Under the pieces are notes generated by a model. That model made no database searches and was not told the origin of the DNA. It was given only the letters and a program-made list of their open reading frames with translations. From Longimicrobiales bacterium (GTDB lineage Bacteria > Gemmatimonadota > Gemmatimonadetes > Longimicrobiales > Gaopeijiaceae), in assembly GCA_965226375.1 (NCBI GenBank), contig CBDDCX010000008.1, positions 2,176,001-2,240,000 on the forward strand: DNA of 64,000 nucleotides, given 5' to 3'. Made by a program: the position numbers and the translations under genes. This document shows positions 10,994 to 21,857 of the stretch, piece after piece; within the stretch, counting starts at the first letter, position 1, and each line of letters begins with the position of its first letter.

Positions 10994-12693
10994 AGCCCGA
11001 GGCGACCTTCACTCGCTGGATGGACGCGTTCTTTTCGTCGTACTACAACCGACGCCCGGTCAACGCGACCTTCATTGGGATCCACGACTGGGACCACGCC
11101 CTTCCGGACTACTCCGAGGAGGGTGCCGGGGACACCCAAGCGGACCTCGAAAACCTGTTGGCTCGATCCGTTCGGCTCGACCTGGATGCACTCTCCCCTC
11201 ACGAGCGAATCGACCTCCGGTTGGCCCGCGGCTTTCTCGAAACCCAGATCTGGGAAATGCGATCGTCGCACTTCCATAGGGGGAACCCCAGCCTCTACAG
11301 CGGCGAGGCCGTGTTCTCCATCCTCTCGCTCTTCCTGACGGATTTTGCCCCTGTATCCGAACGGGTCGCGGCGGCTACGGAGCGCATGGAGGCCATCGAG
11401 GGCTTTCTGGATCAGGCGAAGACAAACGTGACGCAAGCGCCGCTGGCCTGGACCGAGAAGGCCGTTGTCGAGTGCGCGGGTGCCCTCGCCTTCCTGACCG
11501 AGGGCGTCGAGGCGTTGTGCGCCATGGGGCCCATCGAGACCCCGAGCTTTGCTGCGGCGGCAGAGAAGGCAGCGAAAGCATTCCGGGAATTCCGATCCCA
11601 TCTCGACACCGAGTTACGTCACAGCGCCATGGACCAGTATGCGTGCGGCGAGGAGGCCCTGGACTTGTATATGCGGGAGGGGCACTTCCTGGACCTCGAT
11701 CCGGACGAGCTCGTCGAGTATGCGGAGTCAGAGATCGTCGGGGCGACGGCCTACCTGGAGGAGCACGCATCAGACTTCGGCGCGACCACGACCGGAGAGG
11801 CACTCGCGCAGCTGAGCGACCTCCACCCCAGCACCGAGCAGTACTACTCGCGCTACCAGGAGGTATGGAATGAAATCCGAGCGCGGGCAGAGAAGCACGC
11901 GCTGGTGACCTGGCCCGAGTTCCCGATCCGTTACGTACCTCGACCGATCTGGTCGCGGGAAGCGGCCCCCCATCTCTACTTTCTTTACTACCGCTCGCCG
12001 GCAGCCTTCAACCGTCCCCTGACTCACGACTACCTCGTGCTCCCCATCGACGAGGCCATGTCTCCCGACGAGCAGGAGCGACGGCTACGGGCGACAAACG
12101 ACAGCGTCATCAAGTCCAACCACGTGATCCACCACGGAAGCATAGGCCACCACGTGCAGAACTGGCACGCATCTCGTGCCGAGTCACGTATCGGCCAGAT
12201 CGCCGCCGTAGATTGCTCGACCCGCATCGCCATGTTCTGTGGCGGCACTATGGCGGAAGGATGGGCGACCTACGCGACCGACCTGATCGCTGAGTTCGGA
12301 GGACTCACTCCGCTCGAGGAGTACGCGCAGCACCAAGGGCGGGCGCGCATGTGTGCCCGTGCAGTGGTCGACATTCGAATGCACCAGGGCCGCATCAGCC
12401 TGGACGAAGGCGCGGAGTACTACGAGCGTCGTGCGCTGATGAGCCCAGCGGGTGCCAGGTCAGAAGCCGTGAAGAACAGCATGTTCCCGGGAGCCGCCAT
12501 CATGTACCTGACGGGTAATGACGCCATCCACGAGCTCAGAAGTGAGATGAGCCGTCGCAAGGGTGGGGCCTTCGACCTTCGGGCCTTTCATGACGAGTTC
12601 CTTTCGTACGGCTCGATCCCCGTCTCCCTGATCAGCGCCGACATGAGGGCGAAGGCCGACAGCGCCGAGCGACTGGAGCAGGAGAAGCCGTGA
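10981..12693 (+). CDS. DUF885 family protein
   Basis: PVNATFIGIHDWD, HHGSIGHHVQ, EGWATYA, RAVVDIRMH, FDLRAFHDEFLSYGSIP. Confidence 0.8.
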   Translation: MDRIEPEATFTRWMDAFFSSYYNRRPVNATFIGIHDWDHALPDYSEEGAGDTQADLENLLARSVRLDLDALSPHERIDLRLARGFLETQIWEMRSSHFHRGNPSLYSGEAVFSILSLFLTDFAPVSERVAAATERMEAIEGFLDQAKTNVTQAPLAWTEKAVVECAGALAFLTEGVEALCAMGPIETPSFAAAAEKAAKAFREFRSHLDTELRHSAMDQYACGEEALDLYMREGHFLDLDPDELVEYAESEIVGATAYLEEHASDFGATTTGEALAQLSDLHPSTEQYYSRYQEVWNEIRARAEKHALVTWPEFPIRYVPRPIWSREAAPHLYFLYYRSPAAFNRPLTHDYLVLPIDEAMSPDEQERRLRATNDSVIKSNHVIHHGSIGHHVQNWHASRAESRIGQIAAVDCSTRIAMFCGGTMAEGWATYATDLIAEFGGLTPLEEYAQHQGRARMCARAVVDIRMHQGRISLDEGAEYYERRALMSPAGARSEAVKNSMFPGAAIMYLTGNDAIHELRSEMSRRKGGAFDLRAFHDEFLSYGSIPVSLISADMRAKADSAERLEQEKP

Positions 12694-12775
12694 GTGACAG
12701 CGTCGGAAGCCACGCTGAGAGTGTAGAAGCCGTGATGAGAGCGTGGGAAACCATCCGTGAGAGTGTGAGAACCCC

Positions 12776-13978
12776 ATGAGTGAAAAGCTGCGTGTCGCCG
12801 TGATCGGCGCCGGCCGGTGGTCGACGATGTCTCACCTTCCGGGGTTCCAACGCTCCCCCCTCTGCGACCTCGTTACGATCTGCGACCTGGACCGAGAGGT
12901 CGCCGAGGCCAGAGCGAAGGAGTTCGAGGCCCAAGACGTCGAGACCGACTACCAAAAGGTTCTGGCCAGAAGCGACATCGACGTCGTCGACATCGTCACC
13001 CGAGGCGACCACGAGGACCTGGTGTTCGAGGTGCTCGAGGCGGGCAAGCACTGCCTGGTGGAGAAACCCGTCTGTCACCGTTACCAGGACGTGTGGAGAG
13101 CGCACGAGATCGCCGAGTCGAAGGGCCTGAAGACCAAAGTCGGGCTGACGTTTCGATTCGCTCCGTCCATGCTCTACATGTTCGACCTCATTCGCGAGGG
13201 GTTCATCGGCCGGCCCTTCATCTTCAACGGATACGAGCAGAACTCGCAGTGGCTGGACCCCGACAATCCCATCGATAAGCGCATCCACAAGACCAAGCCC
13301 GTCGGTGAGCCGCTATCGGGACAAGACCCGACCCGGGAGGGGATCACGGTGTCGTCGCTCGAGGGATACGGTGCTCCGATCATCGACATCGGCCTGGAGT
13401 GTATCGGAAGCGACCTGACCCGCGTGAGCGGGATCCTGTCGAACATGGTCCCTGAACGGCGCCGGACCAACCTCGACACGGAGCGTGAGCGCATCAACGT
13501 CGACGACGCCGATATGTTCATGGCCGAGGCGGAGAACGGCTCTCTCTTCTCGATTCAATCCAGTTACGTGACCGTGGGCAACTACCCGGGGAGCGAGGCC
13601 AGAGTCTACGGATCGGAAGGAGCCATTCACGTGCGTCTCGTAGAGGAGTTCGGGGTGATCGAGACGATTCACACCGCGAAGCCCGACGCGGTGGAGTTCG
13701 TCCAACAGGAGATTCCCGAGCGATACTTCCCCCCCGGCCGACAGGCCGATGACTGGTGGGGGACTGCCTTCTACGGGAACCTGGTCCATAGTTTTCTCGA
13801 GGAGATCGTGGACCCGAGCAAGGAGAACACGGCAAACTTCGCCCAGAGTGCTCGGGTTCAGGAGATCATCAACGCCGTGGAGCTGTCCCATCGCACCCGG
13901 CAATGGGTGGACCTGCCTTTGGAGGGAGCGGCGGCAGCTTCGGCGCAGGATCAGGGGGGACCGGCGCTCAGCGGGTGA
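12776..13978 (+). CDS. Gfo/Idh/MocA family NAD(P) oxidoreductase
   Basis: LRVAVIGAGRW, AGKHCLVEKP. Confidence 0.85.
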   Translation: MSEKLRVAVIGAGRWSTMSHLPGFQRSPLCDLVTICDLDREVAEARAKEFEAQDVETDYQKVLARSDIDVVDIVTRGDHEDLVFEVLEAGKHCLVEKPVCHRYQDVWRAHEIAESKGLKTKVGLTFRFAPSMLYMFDLIREGFIGRPFIFNGYEQNSQWLDPDNPIDKRIHKTKPVGEPLSGQDPTREGITVSSLEGYGAPIIDIGLECIGSDLTRVSGILSNMVPERRRTNLDTERERINVDDADMFMAEAENGSLFSIQSSYVTVGNYPGSEARVYGSEGAIHVRLVEEFGVIETIHTAKPDAVEFVQQEIPERYFPPGRQADDWWGTAFYGNLVHSFLEEIVDPSKENTANFAQSARVQEIINAVELSHRTRQWVDLPLEGAAAASAQDQGGPALSG

Positions 13979-14798
13979 CCTCGAGCGCGGTACCGACAAA
14001 GTCTTGAACGACCTGCATCACCCCATCAGGGTTGTGCCGCAGGACCCCGTGTCCGGCCTCGGGATAAACCTTCAAGATCGAGCCGCCGATTCCCTGGGCA
14101 ATCCTTTCGGCCTGACTCGGCGGGCACTGAAGATCCCTTCCGCCAGCCAGGATCAGCGTCGGGATTCTTATCTCACCGAGTCGTGGGAGCGTGTCGAACT
14201 CCTCCAGTCGACGCATGATCTCGCCGTACGCATAAGGGTTGTGATCCGTGGTTTGGCGGGACTGCTCCCAGGCTCCCGCCGGATCGGGATTACCCTCGAG
14301 GGTCGAGCGGAGCACGAAGTAGTCGCGCAGCGCATCCCACGACGGCCTACTTACGAGCCGGGCAAACTCGGGGCTCGCCCTAGCCGCAGGATAGAGACTC
14401 GTAGGGTCGTCCTTGTAGTGATGGCTCGGAGCCGTAGAGTCGAGGATCAGGGAAGTGAGGGTGTCGGGATATCCCAGGGCGTAGATCAGCCCGACGAACC
14501 CACCCATGGAGGTGCCCCAAAAGGTCCACCGATCAAACCCGAGCCCGGTGCGGACCGCGTCCAGGTCCTCCGCTAGGCGCCAGAACCCGTAGTCCTCGCG
14601 GTCTCGCACCGGCGAGCTTTCCCCGAACCCACGGGGCCATACGACGATGTTCGTGAACCCGGGTATCGCGGGACGATCCACCTTGCGTGTGCCGTAAGGG
14701 TGCGCCGTCGCGATGGGAGGGCCATCGCCGGCTATCCGATACGCGAGCTCACCTCCAACCACCGGAGCCTTACCGCGTCGGGTCGGAATCGTATCGAT
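13968..14798 (-). CDS. Alpha/beta hydrolase; apparent start codon is ATC
   Basis: PRGFGES, GTSMGG nucleophile elbow, GGRD, EAGH; RBS GAGGAG 6 nt before ATC at 14798. Confidence 0.75.
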   Translation of the reverse strand: MDTIPTRRGKAPVVGGELAYRIAGDGPPIATAHPYGTRKVDRPAIPGFTNIVVWPRGFGESSPVRDREDYGFWRLAEDLDAVRTGLGFDRWTFWGTSMGGFVGLIYALGYPDTLTSLILDSTAPSHHYKDDPTSLYPAARASPEFARLVSRPSWDALRDYFVLRSTLEGNPDPAGAWEQSRQTTDHNPYAYGEIMRRLEEFDTLPRLGEIRIPTLILAGGRDLQCPPSQAERIAQGIGGSILKVYPEAGHGVLRHNPDGVMQVVQDFVGTALEVTR

Positions 14799-14812
14799 GT
14801 CGGGCTCCTCAA

Positions 14813-15265
14813 CTAATGCAACAGCAGGTCCCGCGCCTCTTCTTCGGTGAACACGAAGGGCTCCAGGAAAGAGCGCAGATCCTCCGGCAGAGGCTTGGGC
14901 TTCATGGTCGCCCGGTCCGTGGCGCACAACACCTGGTGGCCCGTCGCGGCCAACTGATTCGCGCCAAGATGCAGCACGTCGAAGTTCAGGCGGAGCGAGC
15001 TATTCCCGAACTTGGTCACGTAGGCCGACACCCGAAGTTGATCGTCCAGTCGAGCCGGATACTTGAAGTCGCACTCGAGATGGACACGGGGGAGCCACAC
15101 GTCGAAGCGGTCGAATACCTCCCCGTAGGAGAGGCCCGCGGAGCGAAACATCTCCGTCTCGGCGATCTCGAAGAACCTCACATATGCACCGTAGAAGATG
15201 ATGCCGGCGTGGTCCACGTCGGACCAACGCACGTACTCGTCTACCGTAAAAAGTTTGGTGGTCAT
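14813..15265 (-). CDS. Acyl-CoA thioesterase (YbgC/4-HBT hotdog fold)
   Basis: VRWSDVDHAGIIFYGAYVRFFE, PARLDD. Confidence 0.85.
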   Translation of the reverse strand: MTTKLFTVDEYVRWSDVDHAGIIFYGAYVRFFEIAETEMFRSAGLSYGEVFDRFDVWLPRVHLECDFKYPARLDDQLRVSAYVTKFGNSSLRLNFDVLHLGANQLAATGHQVLCATDRATMKPKPLPEDLRSFLEPFVFTEEEARDLLLH

Positions 15266-15352
15266 GCGGGAACCTAGGGGGCTCCGGCCCATCTGGAAGA
15301 ACCGGCGAATCCCTTGCTAGCCCGGAAGTGCCGACCTACGCTGGCTCTCATC

Positions 15353-16360
15353 ATGCTCGATCCGACTTCCGAAGTCCCCGTTATCGATGTCAGTCCCCTC
15401 CTCGCCCGTGCGGGCGATCAACAGGCCGTGGCCGCCGCCATCGGGCAGGCCTGCAGGGAGAGTGGGTTCTTCTACGCGGTCGAGCACGGCGTCGCGGAAG
15501 GTCTCCAACGGCGACTCGAAGAGATCAGTCACGCGTTCTTCGCCCAGGACCTCGACCGGAAGTTGAAGATCCGCATGGCCCTCGGGGGAAAGGCGTGGCG
15601 GAGGTACTTCCCGGTTGGTGACGAATTGACTTCCGGCAAACCCGACGTAAAAGAGGGGCTGTACTTCGGAGCCGAGCTGAGTGAAAGCGACCCGAGAGTA
15701 AGAGCCGGCGTCCCCCTGCATGGCCCGAACCTCTTCCCCGCCGAGATTCCGGGCTTCGGCGACACCATCCTGGAGTACATGGCGGCCCTTACGGAGCTCG
15801 GCCATGCCCTCATGCGAGGCGTGGCTCTCAGTCTGAACCTGGAGCCGGGTTACTTCCGCGACGGTTACATGGCCGATCCTCTGACGCTCTTCCGCATCTT
15901 CCACTATCCCACCGTCACGGTCGAGCCGGAGGCCGACGAGCAGTGGGGCGTAGGCGAACACACGGACTACGGCGTCCTGACCATTCTCCGGCAGGACGAC
16001 GTGGGTGGGCTCCAGGTCAAGACGGACCGGCGGTGGGTCGACGCACCTCCTGTGCCCGACGCTTTCGTGTGCAATATCGGGGACATGCTGGACCGTCTCA
16101 CCCGCGGGGTATATCGGTCCAACCCCCACCGCGTGCTGAACACTTCCGGGCGAAGCCGGCTATCGTTTCCCTTCTTCTTCGATCCGGGATTCGATGCACA
16201 CGTGGAGCCCGTCGACCTGAGTGGCGTGCCGATTCCGGGTGACGACAGAGATGCACGTTGGGACCGTGCCAGCGTGCACGAGTTCGAAGGCACCTATGGG
16301 GACTACGTGCTGAGCAAGGTGTCGAAGGTGTTCCCGGAGCTTCGGCGGGACGTGATGTAG
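15353..16360 (+). CDS. 2OG-Fe(II) oxygenase, isopenicillin N synthase-like
   Basis: VPVIDVS, GFFY..HGV, GEHTDYG, NIGDML, NPHRV, RLSFPFF. Confidence 0.9.
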   Translation: MLDPTSEVPVIDVSPLLARAGDQQAVAAAIGQACRESGFFYAVEHGVAEGLQRRLEEISHAFFAQDLDRKLKIRMALGGKAWRRYFPVGDELTSGKPDVKEGLYFGAELSESDPRVRAGVPLHGPNLFPAEIPGFGDTILEYMAALTELGHALMRGVALSLNLEPGYFRDGYMADPLTLFRIFHYPTVTVEPEADEQWGVGEHTDYGVLTILRQDDVGGLQVKTDRRWVDAPPVPDAFVCNIGDMLDRLTRGVYRSNPHRVLNTSGRSRLSFPFFFDPGFDAHVEPVDLSGVPIPGDDRDARWDRASVHEFEGTYGDYVLSKVSKVFPELRRDVM

Positions 16361-16361
16361 C

Positions 16362-16386
16362 AAAGGGCCCCGCATTCGCGGGGCCC
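16362..16386. terminator. Hairpin between convergent genes
   Basis: GGGCCCCGC-ATTC-GCGGGGCCC with AAA on the left. Confidence 0.5.
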
Positions 16387-16500
16387 CACGTGAGCCGAGT
16401 GGGCTTCAGCCCCCGCCCACGGAGCTCACCGCCGGGAGCCCAGGGCGGAAGATTCGCGTAATCTTGGGTAGCCCCAGCCCTGGTTAGCCGGTTCCTCCAG

Positions 16501-17667
16501 TTACTTCACGTCGACCCTACCGTCTCGCGCCACCGGCGTGTCCGAGATCGGGATCTCGAAGAGCCGGCACTCGATCGGTCCGTTGTGGATGATGTGGCGC
16601 CTAGCGGGCTTCAGCCCAATGCGCTTTCCCAGCTTCGGCGTAGTGAGGACGAATCCGGTCCAGCCCAGGAAGCGCCGCCTCAGAACGTTGCCGAGTTCTC
16701 CGTAGAGCGGCGCGAGATCGCCCTCGCGCTCCAGGCGCTCACCGTAGGGGGGGTTCGCGATGAACACGCCGGTGTCTTCGGTGGCCGGTGCCGTGTCCGC
16801 CAGGGCGTGCTGGCCCACCTCGACGTCGAGTCCGGCCGCCCGAATGTTGGCCTGGGCTCGGGCGACCACACGACCATCGATGTCTGCCCCGCGCACGGAT
16901 GGAGCCTCGGACGGCGTGCGCGCACGCGCCTCGGCCACGATCCGATTCCAGAGGTCAGAGTCGTGACCCCTCCAGCCCTGAAAGCCCCACCGAGTTCGGC
17001 GTAGGCCCGGAGCTCTGCCGAGCGCCATCGCAGCCGCTTCGGTGAGAAGAGTGCCAGACCCACACATCGGGTCGTAGAGAGGTTCACCCCGGGCGGCCCG
17101 CTCGGGCCAGCGGGCCAACATCAACAGGGCTGCGGCCAAGGTCTCCTTGAGATTCGCTGGGCCACTCTCCACCCGAGTTTCACGGATGTGGAGCGGGGTG
17201 CCACTCAGGTCGATCGACACCGCGGCCTGGTTGTCGGAGAGGTGGACGTTTACCCGAACGTCGGGTGACTTCAGATCGACATCCGGACGGGCACCGGTGG
17301 TATCACGAACGCTGTCGACAATGGCGTCCTTGGTACGAAGCGCCCCGAACTTGCTGTTGCGGATCGAGTCGGAGACCCCGACGAAATCGACCATGAGCGT
17401 GCCGTCGGGGCCGATGTGGTCCGTCCAACGGATCGTGCGCAGCCCCTCGTACAGATCGTCGGCATGTCGGCACTCGAATCGCTCTAAGCGACTCAGGACG
17501 CGGCTAGCGGTCCGCGACCACATGCACGCGCGATATCCGGCCTCCAGCTCCCCCTCGAAGAGAACCGCCCCGGGATCCTGGCGGACTTGGTTCAGGCCGA
17601 GGGAGGTCAGCTCCTCGGCCAGCACGCCCTCGGCCCCGCGAGTGACTGGAGCCACGAATGTGGTCAT
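16501..17667 (-). CDS. rlmL: THUMP-domain 23S rRNA m2G methyltransferase (RlmL-like, without the RlmK half)
   Basis: WSRTASRVL, SIDLSG.PLH, KETLAAALL, DPMCGSGT, NPPYGERL. Confidence 0.8.
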   Translation of the reverse strand: MTTFVAPVTRGAEGVLAEELTSLGLNQVRQDPGAVLFEGELEAGYRACMWSRTASRVLSRLERFECRHADDLYEGLRTIRWTDHIGPDGTLMVDFVGVSDSIRNSKFGALRTKDAIVDSVRDTTGARPDVDLKSPDVRVNVHLSDNQAAVSIDLSGTPLHIRETRVESGPANLKETLAAALLMLARWPERAARGEPLYDPMCGSGTLLTEAAAMALGRAPGLRRTRWGFQGWRGHDSDLWNRIVAEARARTPSEAPSVRGADIDGRVVARAQANIRAAGLDVEVGQHALADTAPATEDTGVFIANPPYGERLEREGDLAPLYGELGNVLRRRFLGWTGFVLTTPKLGKRIGLKPARRHIIHNGPIECRLFEIPISDTPVARDGRVDVK

Positions 17668-17772
17668 GAAAAGGTCTCGGTTGGGGTCCCACCACACCGT
17701 AGCTCACGATACGAGAACGGGAAAGACCTCCATACCGTTACCGCTCTTGATCAGGCCGAAGCTCCTCTATGA

Positions 17773-19710
17773 TCATGATCCAGGCGAGTACCAAATGGGC
17801 GACGTGTAGGCGCGCTCCTGACCGATGAGCTCGGCCCCTTCCGGGAGCTCGGCACCGAGGCGGACACGGTCGTAGACGACCCAGCGGGGGGTCGGAATCT
17901 CAAGCACGCGCACGTAGTAGCAGGAGGACTGATCCGGGTCGAACTCGGGGTCGGTCCAGACCGTTGCGAGCTCCGAATCCCCGATCGTGTTGGTCCAGGT
18001 GGCGGCCTCGAGGTCAACGGTGTTACCCACGGCGGGCAGCTTGCCGTCGGCGCCGGGTTGGCGGTCTCCCGACCACGCGATGTCGTAGACCATTTCGTGG
18101 GTCTCGCCAGCGTCATCCATCCAACCCTTGATGATCTGGACGCGGTCGAGGTTGGCTCCGATGGGGTCCTTCAGCACCGCTACGAGGAACGTGGGCGCCT
18201 GGCCGCTGGGTGCGTTCGACAGCTCACCTCCCATGGGCACACCCTTTTCGTAGCCTCGGAATGCGGGCGCGTGACTGCGGAGGTCATCTTCGGTGAACTC
18301 CCAGCCACCGAAGAAACGCACCAACATTCTCGGCCCGGTGGTGGCATAGGTCTCCTTGCGCATCATCGCGTCGAAGAGCGCCTCTCGCGTGTTCTCTCTC
18401 GCCCACACTCCCTGGTAGCCGGATGCGACGAGCATGTCGCCGTCCCACGTGGCGAGGTCCGATGAGGCAAAGGGGTGCTCCACCCGCGTTGCGGACGGCT
18501 CCGTGCTTGTGGATTTCCCGAAGAAGTTCTCCTCCTCAGCGGTCGCCAGGGACGTATGAGCGTCGGTGGCACCCACCATGCCGAACTTGTACGGGTTCGT
18601 CCCCAGTCGTTCCTCGAGCACCAGGCCCAGTTTCAATGCCTCGCGCGCGTACTCACGCTGCAGCATGTCGGGTGTCATCAGCACCGTGAGATCGAGATTA
18701 CCCTTGTCCCAGGTTTCGTAGTCGGCAAACTCGTCGGTGGGCGACAGGGCCGGGTGCGCCTCGCCGTCACCCTTGATCTGGGTCACCTCGTAGAGCGGCT
18801 CCCACTTCGCGCGCAACAGGACGTAGTTTTCATCGACCGTACCACCCGAATAGGTCCCCTCGGTGGGGAACATCCAGCCGTTGGAAAGATTTCCGTTGTG
18901 CGCCAACGCGAGTGCCCGGCCGCCGGTCTTGGTCTCGTAGTTCTCCAACCACTGATAGAGGTCCAGCGGGTCTGTGCTACCCAGCGGTGCTTGGGTCGTC
19001 ATCGGGATCACCTGGCTCGCGCGATCTCTGCCGTCGCGAAGGATCACGTTGCGGTGCAGGTTGTTGCCCAGGGGAATCGACGTCCATTCGAAGCCGATCA
19101 AGGCCGTGAACACCCCGGGTTCGTTGAAGCTCTCGGCCGTCTTCGTGATGTCATCCCAGACCCGGCTGTAGACGGTCGAGCCGGGGGCGTAGTCCTTCGC
19201 GAGATTCTCGGGGAATATGCCCTGTGTGAAATGAGTGATCAGATCGAACGCGGCTCGGCCCGCAGCGTCGCCACCCGCCTTGAAGCCCTCGTACCATTCT
19301 CGGCCCTTCGGGTCCGCCAGAATGTTTGGTGCACCACCCTGCAGGTCGGTCGCAAAGCCCATCATGTCGGAGTGATCCGTGATCACCAGCCAGTCGAGCG
19401 GTCGGCTCAACTTGGCCGGCAGTCCGGCTGCCGAGGCGACTTGCTCGCCACGGGCGAAGCGGTAGGCCGTCTCGTGGCCGGTCGTGTTGCCGAACAAGCC
19501 GGCATCGAGCGACAAGCCGGTGTGCAGATGCGTGTCTCCCCAGAACACCCGACTGGGGAAGGAACGGTCCGCGTAAGGCGAATAGGCGGCACCGGGATAC
19601 AGCCCTCCAAGAACCTCGGCTGGAGGGTGTCCGGCGTCTTGAGCCAGCACCGTATCCGCCATGACGACTGACGAGGCAATGAGAAGGGCAACGACGACGA
19701 TCCGCTTCAT
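17773..19710 (-). CDS. DUF3604 secreted protein (PHP-like metallohydrolase)
   Basis: [65 protein letters not shown]. Confidence 0.9.
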   Translation of the reverse strand: MKRIVVVALLIASSVVMADTVLAQDAGHPPAEVLGGLYPGAAYSPYADRSFPSRVFWGDTHLHTGLSLDAGLFGNTTGHETAYRFARGEQVASAAGLPAKLSRPLDWLVITDHSDMMGFATDLQGGAPNILADPKGREWYEGFKAGGDAAGRAAFDLITHFTQGIFPENLAKDYAPGSTVYSRVWDDITKTAESFNEPGVFTALIGFEWTSIPLGNNLHRNVILRDGRDRASQVIPMTTQAPLGSTDPLDLYQWLENYETKTGGRALALAHNGNLSNGWMFPTEGTYSGGTVDENYVLLRAKWEPLYEVTQIKGDGEAHPALSPTDEFADYETWDKGNLDLTVLMTPDMLQREYAREALKLGLVLEERLGTNPYKFGMVGATDAHTSLATAEEENFFGKSTSTEPSATRVEHPFASSDLATWDGDMLVASGYQGVWARENTREALFDAMMRKETYATTGPRMLVRFFGGWEFTEDDLRSHAPAFRGYEKGVPMGGELSNAPSGQAPTFLVAVLKDPIGANLDRVQIIKGWMDDAGETHEMVYDIAWSGDRQPGADGKLPAVGNTVDLEAATWTNTIGDSELATVWTDPEFDPDQSSCYYVRVLEIPTPRWVVYDRVRLGAELPEGAELIGQERAYTSPIWYSPGS

Positions 19711-20050
19711 GATGGACTCCCTATACGCCCTGAGTTCGAGCCCGAGTTGTGTGGCTCCGTTTCAGTATGGGAGAGAACGCTCAAGGTCGATATGGGACCA
19801 AGGTCCCATAGCCCCCTTTCCGCCTCCGCCCCCACGAATTCTCCGCCACGAAATCCAGGCCCGCGCTGTCACCCGCGAGCGATTCGGGGCAGTCGCCACC
19901 TCGACGGTGAGGTCATGGTAGACATCCATGGCCATACGACTTTGGTCTAATTGCAGAGTGAGACACACCATCCAAACTTGATTCACACCGAATCTCGGCG
20001 GGCCATCACGCGCCGTCCCCGTGGCAACCGATCGACATGAAGGGTTGATT

Positions 20051-21233
20051 ATGCTTGAGGTACGACAGGTCTTGCTCCTAGCGGCACTCACCCTCCTCGT
20101 TCCGGCTTCCCCAGCATCCTCGCAGGATATCGCGCCCCACCCGGAGTCACCCGCGGATGCGTTCAAGGATATGCGGTCCTACTCCCCGTACGCCGGTCGC
20201 AACTTTCCGACCCGTGTATTTTGGGGCGAGACCCACCTTCACACCGGCATGTCGATGGACGCGGGCGCATTCGGGGCGACGCTGAAGCCGATGGACGCCT
20301 ATAGGTTCGCGACGGGCGAAGAAGTGACCTCGTCGACCGGGCAGCAGGTCAAGCTCAGTCGACCTCTAGACTTCCTAGTCGTCGCCGACCACTCGGACAA
20401 CATGGGATTCTTCCCTCGGCTCGCGGGCGGCGAACCGGCCATGTTGGCGGACCCGACCGGTCGGCGCTGGTACGACATGGTCCAAGAGGGCGGGCAGAGC
20501 GGCATGGCGGCGGCGGTCGAAATTATTCAGTCGATCACCTCGGGCACTTTCCCCGAGGCGCTCGCGGCGCTGCCCGGCACCCCAGCGTATCGGGCGGCCT
20601 GGGACCTGACGATCGAAGCAGCCGAAGCGTACAACGACCCGGGACGATTCACCGCTTTCATCGGCTACGAGTGGACGTCCACCGACGCCGGGGACACCCT
20701 GCACCGGAATATCATCTACCGTGATGGCGCGGCCCGGGCCAGTGTGATGGAACCGTATACGACCCTCCGGCCACTGGGCTCTCCAGACCCTGTAGATCTG
20801 TGGAATTGGATGCAGACCTACGAGGACAAAACGGGCGGGCGGATGCTCGCAATCGCGCACAACGGCAACCTGAGCAACGGGACCATGTTCCCGATGATCG
20901 AGACGAAGTTCGGTCGGCCGGTCGACGGAACGTACGCCGAGCAGCGGATCAAGTGGGAGCCACTCTATGAGATGACCCAGATCAAGGGTGACGGGGACAC
21001 CCATCCGTTCCTGTCGCCAACCGACGAATTCGCCGACTACGAGACCTGGGACCAGGGCAACCTCGATCTCAGTACGCTCAAGACGGACGAGATGCTTGAG
21101 CGGGAATACGCACGCAGCGCGCTGCAGTTGGGGATTCAGCTCGAACAGACTATCGGCGTGAACCCCTACAAATTCGGTATGATCGCTGCCACCGACGCTC
21201 ACACGGGGCTGGCGACCGCGGAGGAAGAGAAGC
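20051..21233 (+). pseudogene. Second DUF3604 protein, 3'-truncated
   Basis: Same motifs as 17773-19710 up to ATDAHTGLATAEEE, where homology stops abruptly (the paralog continues NFFGK for ~250 aa). Confidence 0.85.
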
Positions 21234-21487
21234 GTGGAGAACTTCGACGACAGGCCGATCGTCGTGAAGAACGTTATCAGCAGGGTGTCGCGCAGCTCGA
21301 GCGCGAAGCCGCACTCGAGTCCGAACACGGCGAATAGGCTAGCGAACACGAGCGAGGCGATGAGCCCACCCGACACCGGCTCGGGAATGTTGTACTCCCG
21401 AAGGAATCGAACCCTTCGCGTCAGAGCCTTGCCCAGGAAGAGGACCAGGATCGCGACGATGACGGTCTGGCGGGCGTCGAGCTCCAT
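21234..21487 (-). pseudogene. gltS: N-terminal fragment of a sodium/glutamate symporter
   Basis: FLREYNIPEPVSGGL, LRDTLLITFFTTIGLSS; ends at the junction with the DUF3604 fragment. Confidence 0.75.
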
Positions 21488-21857
21488 GACGGTCGTCAAC
21501 TCGTCACCAGGTCGGGAGACCCTGCCAGGATGAAGTACCTCCTCGCACGGCGATCGTCGCCCGTGTGACTGGGATGTCCTGGGCCTGCGCGGCGGATGCG
21601 GCCGAGAGAATCAACACGCCGCCGGAAGGATTCTGATGACTCTCATGTCGGGACTGACCTCGAAGAGACGACGGAGTCTGAAGCGAAATCATACCGAAGC
21701 ATCTGGGGCATCGGGTATTGGACCTTAGTCCTATTCGCGATGCCGCTCCGAGACGGCATCTCAAAAGACAGGGGGAGAGGCCGAGACCCCTCCCTCATCG
21801 AAGGAGTGTGCACGTTCATGTACACGTTAGCGCCGTTTTGGCAACCAGTGCCTTCCT

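Noticed and set aside
12684..12790. Possible CRISPR array
   Set aside because: Units are short, degenerate and lack unique spacers; no cas genes
18475..19671. Long antisense ORFs (this one, 47419-48570, 22133-23017, 37277-38149 and others)
   Set aside because: Shadows of real genes in high-GC DNA; no motifs
20375..21499. 374-aa minus-strand ORF as a full GltS
   Set aside because: Only the first ~85 aa resemble GltS; the rest is antisense to DUF3604
21765..21835. GTTAGCGC core and a nearby hairpin as an attC
   Set aside because: No complementary TAAC or L boxes upstream
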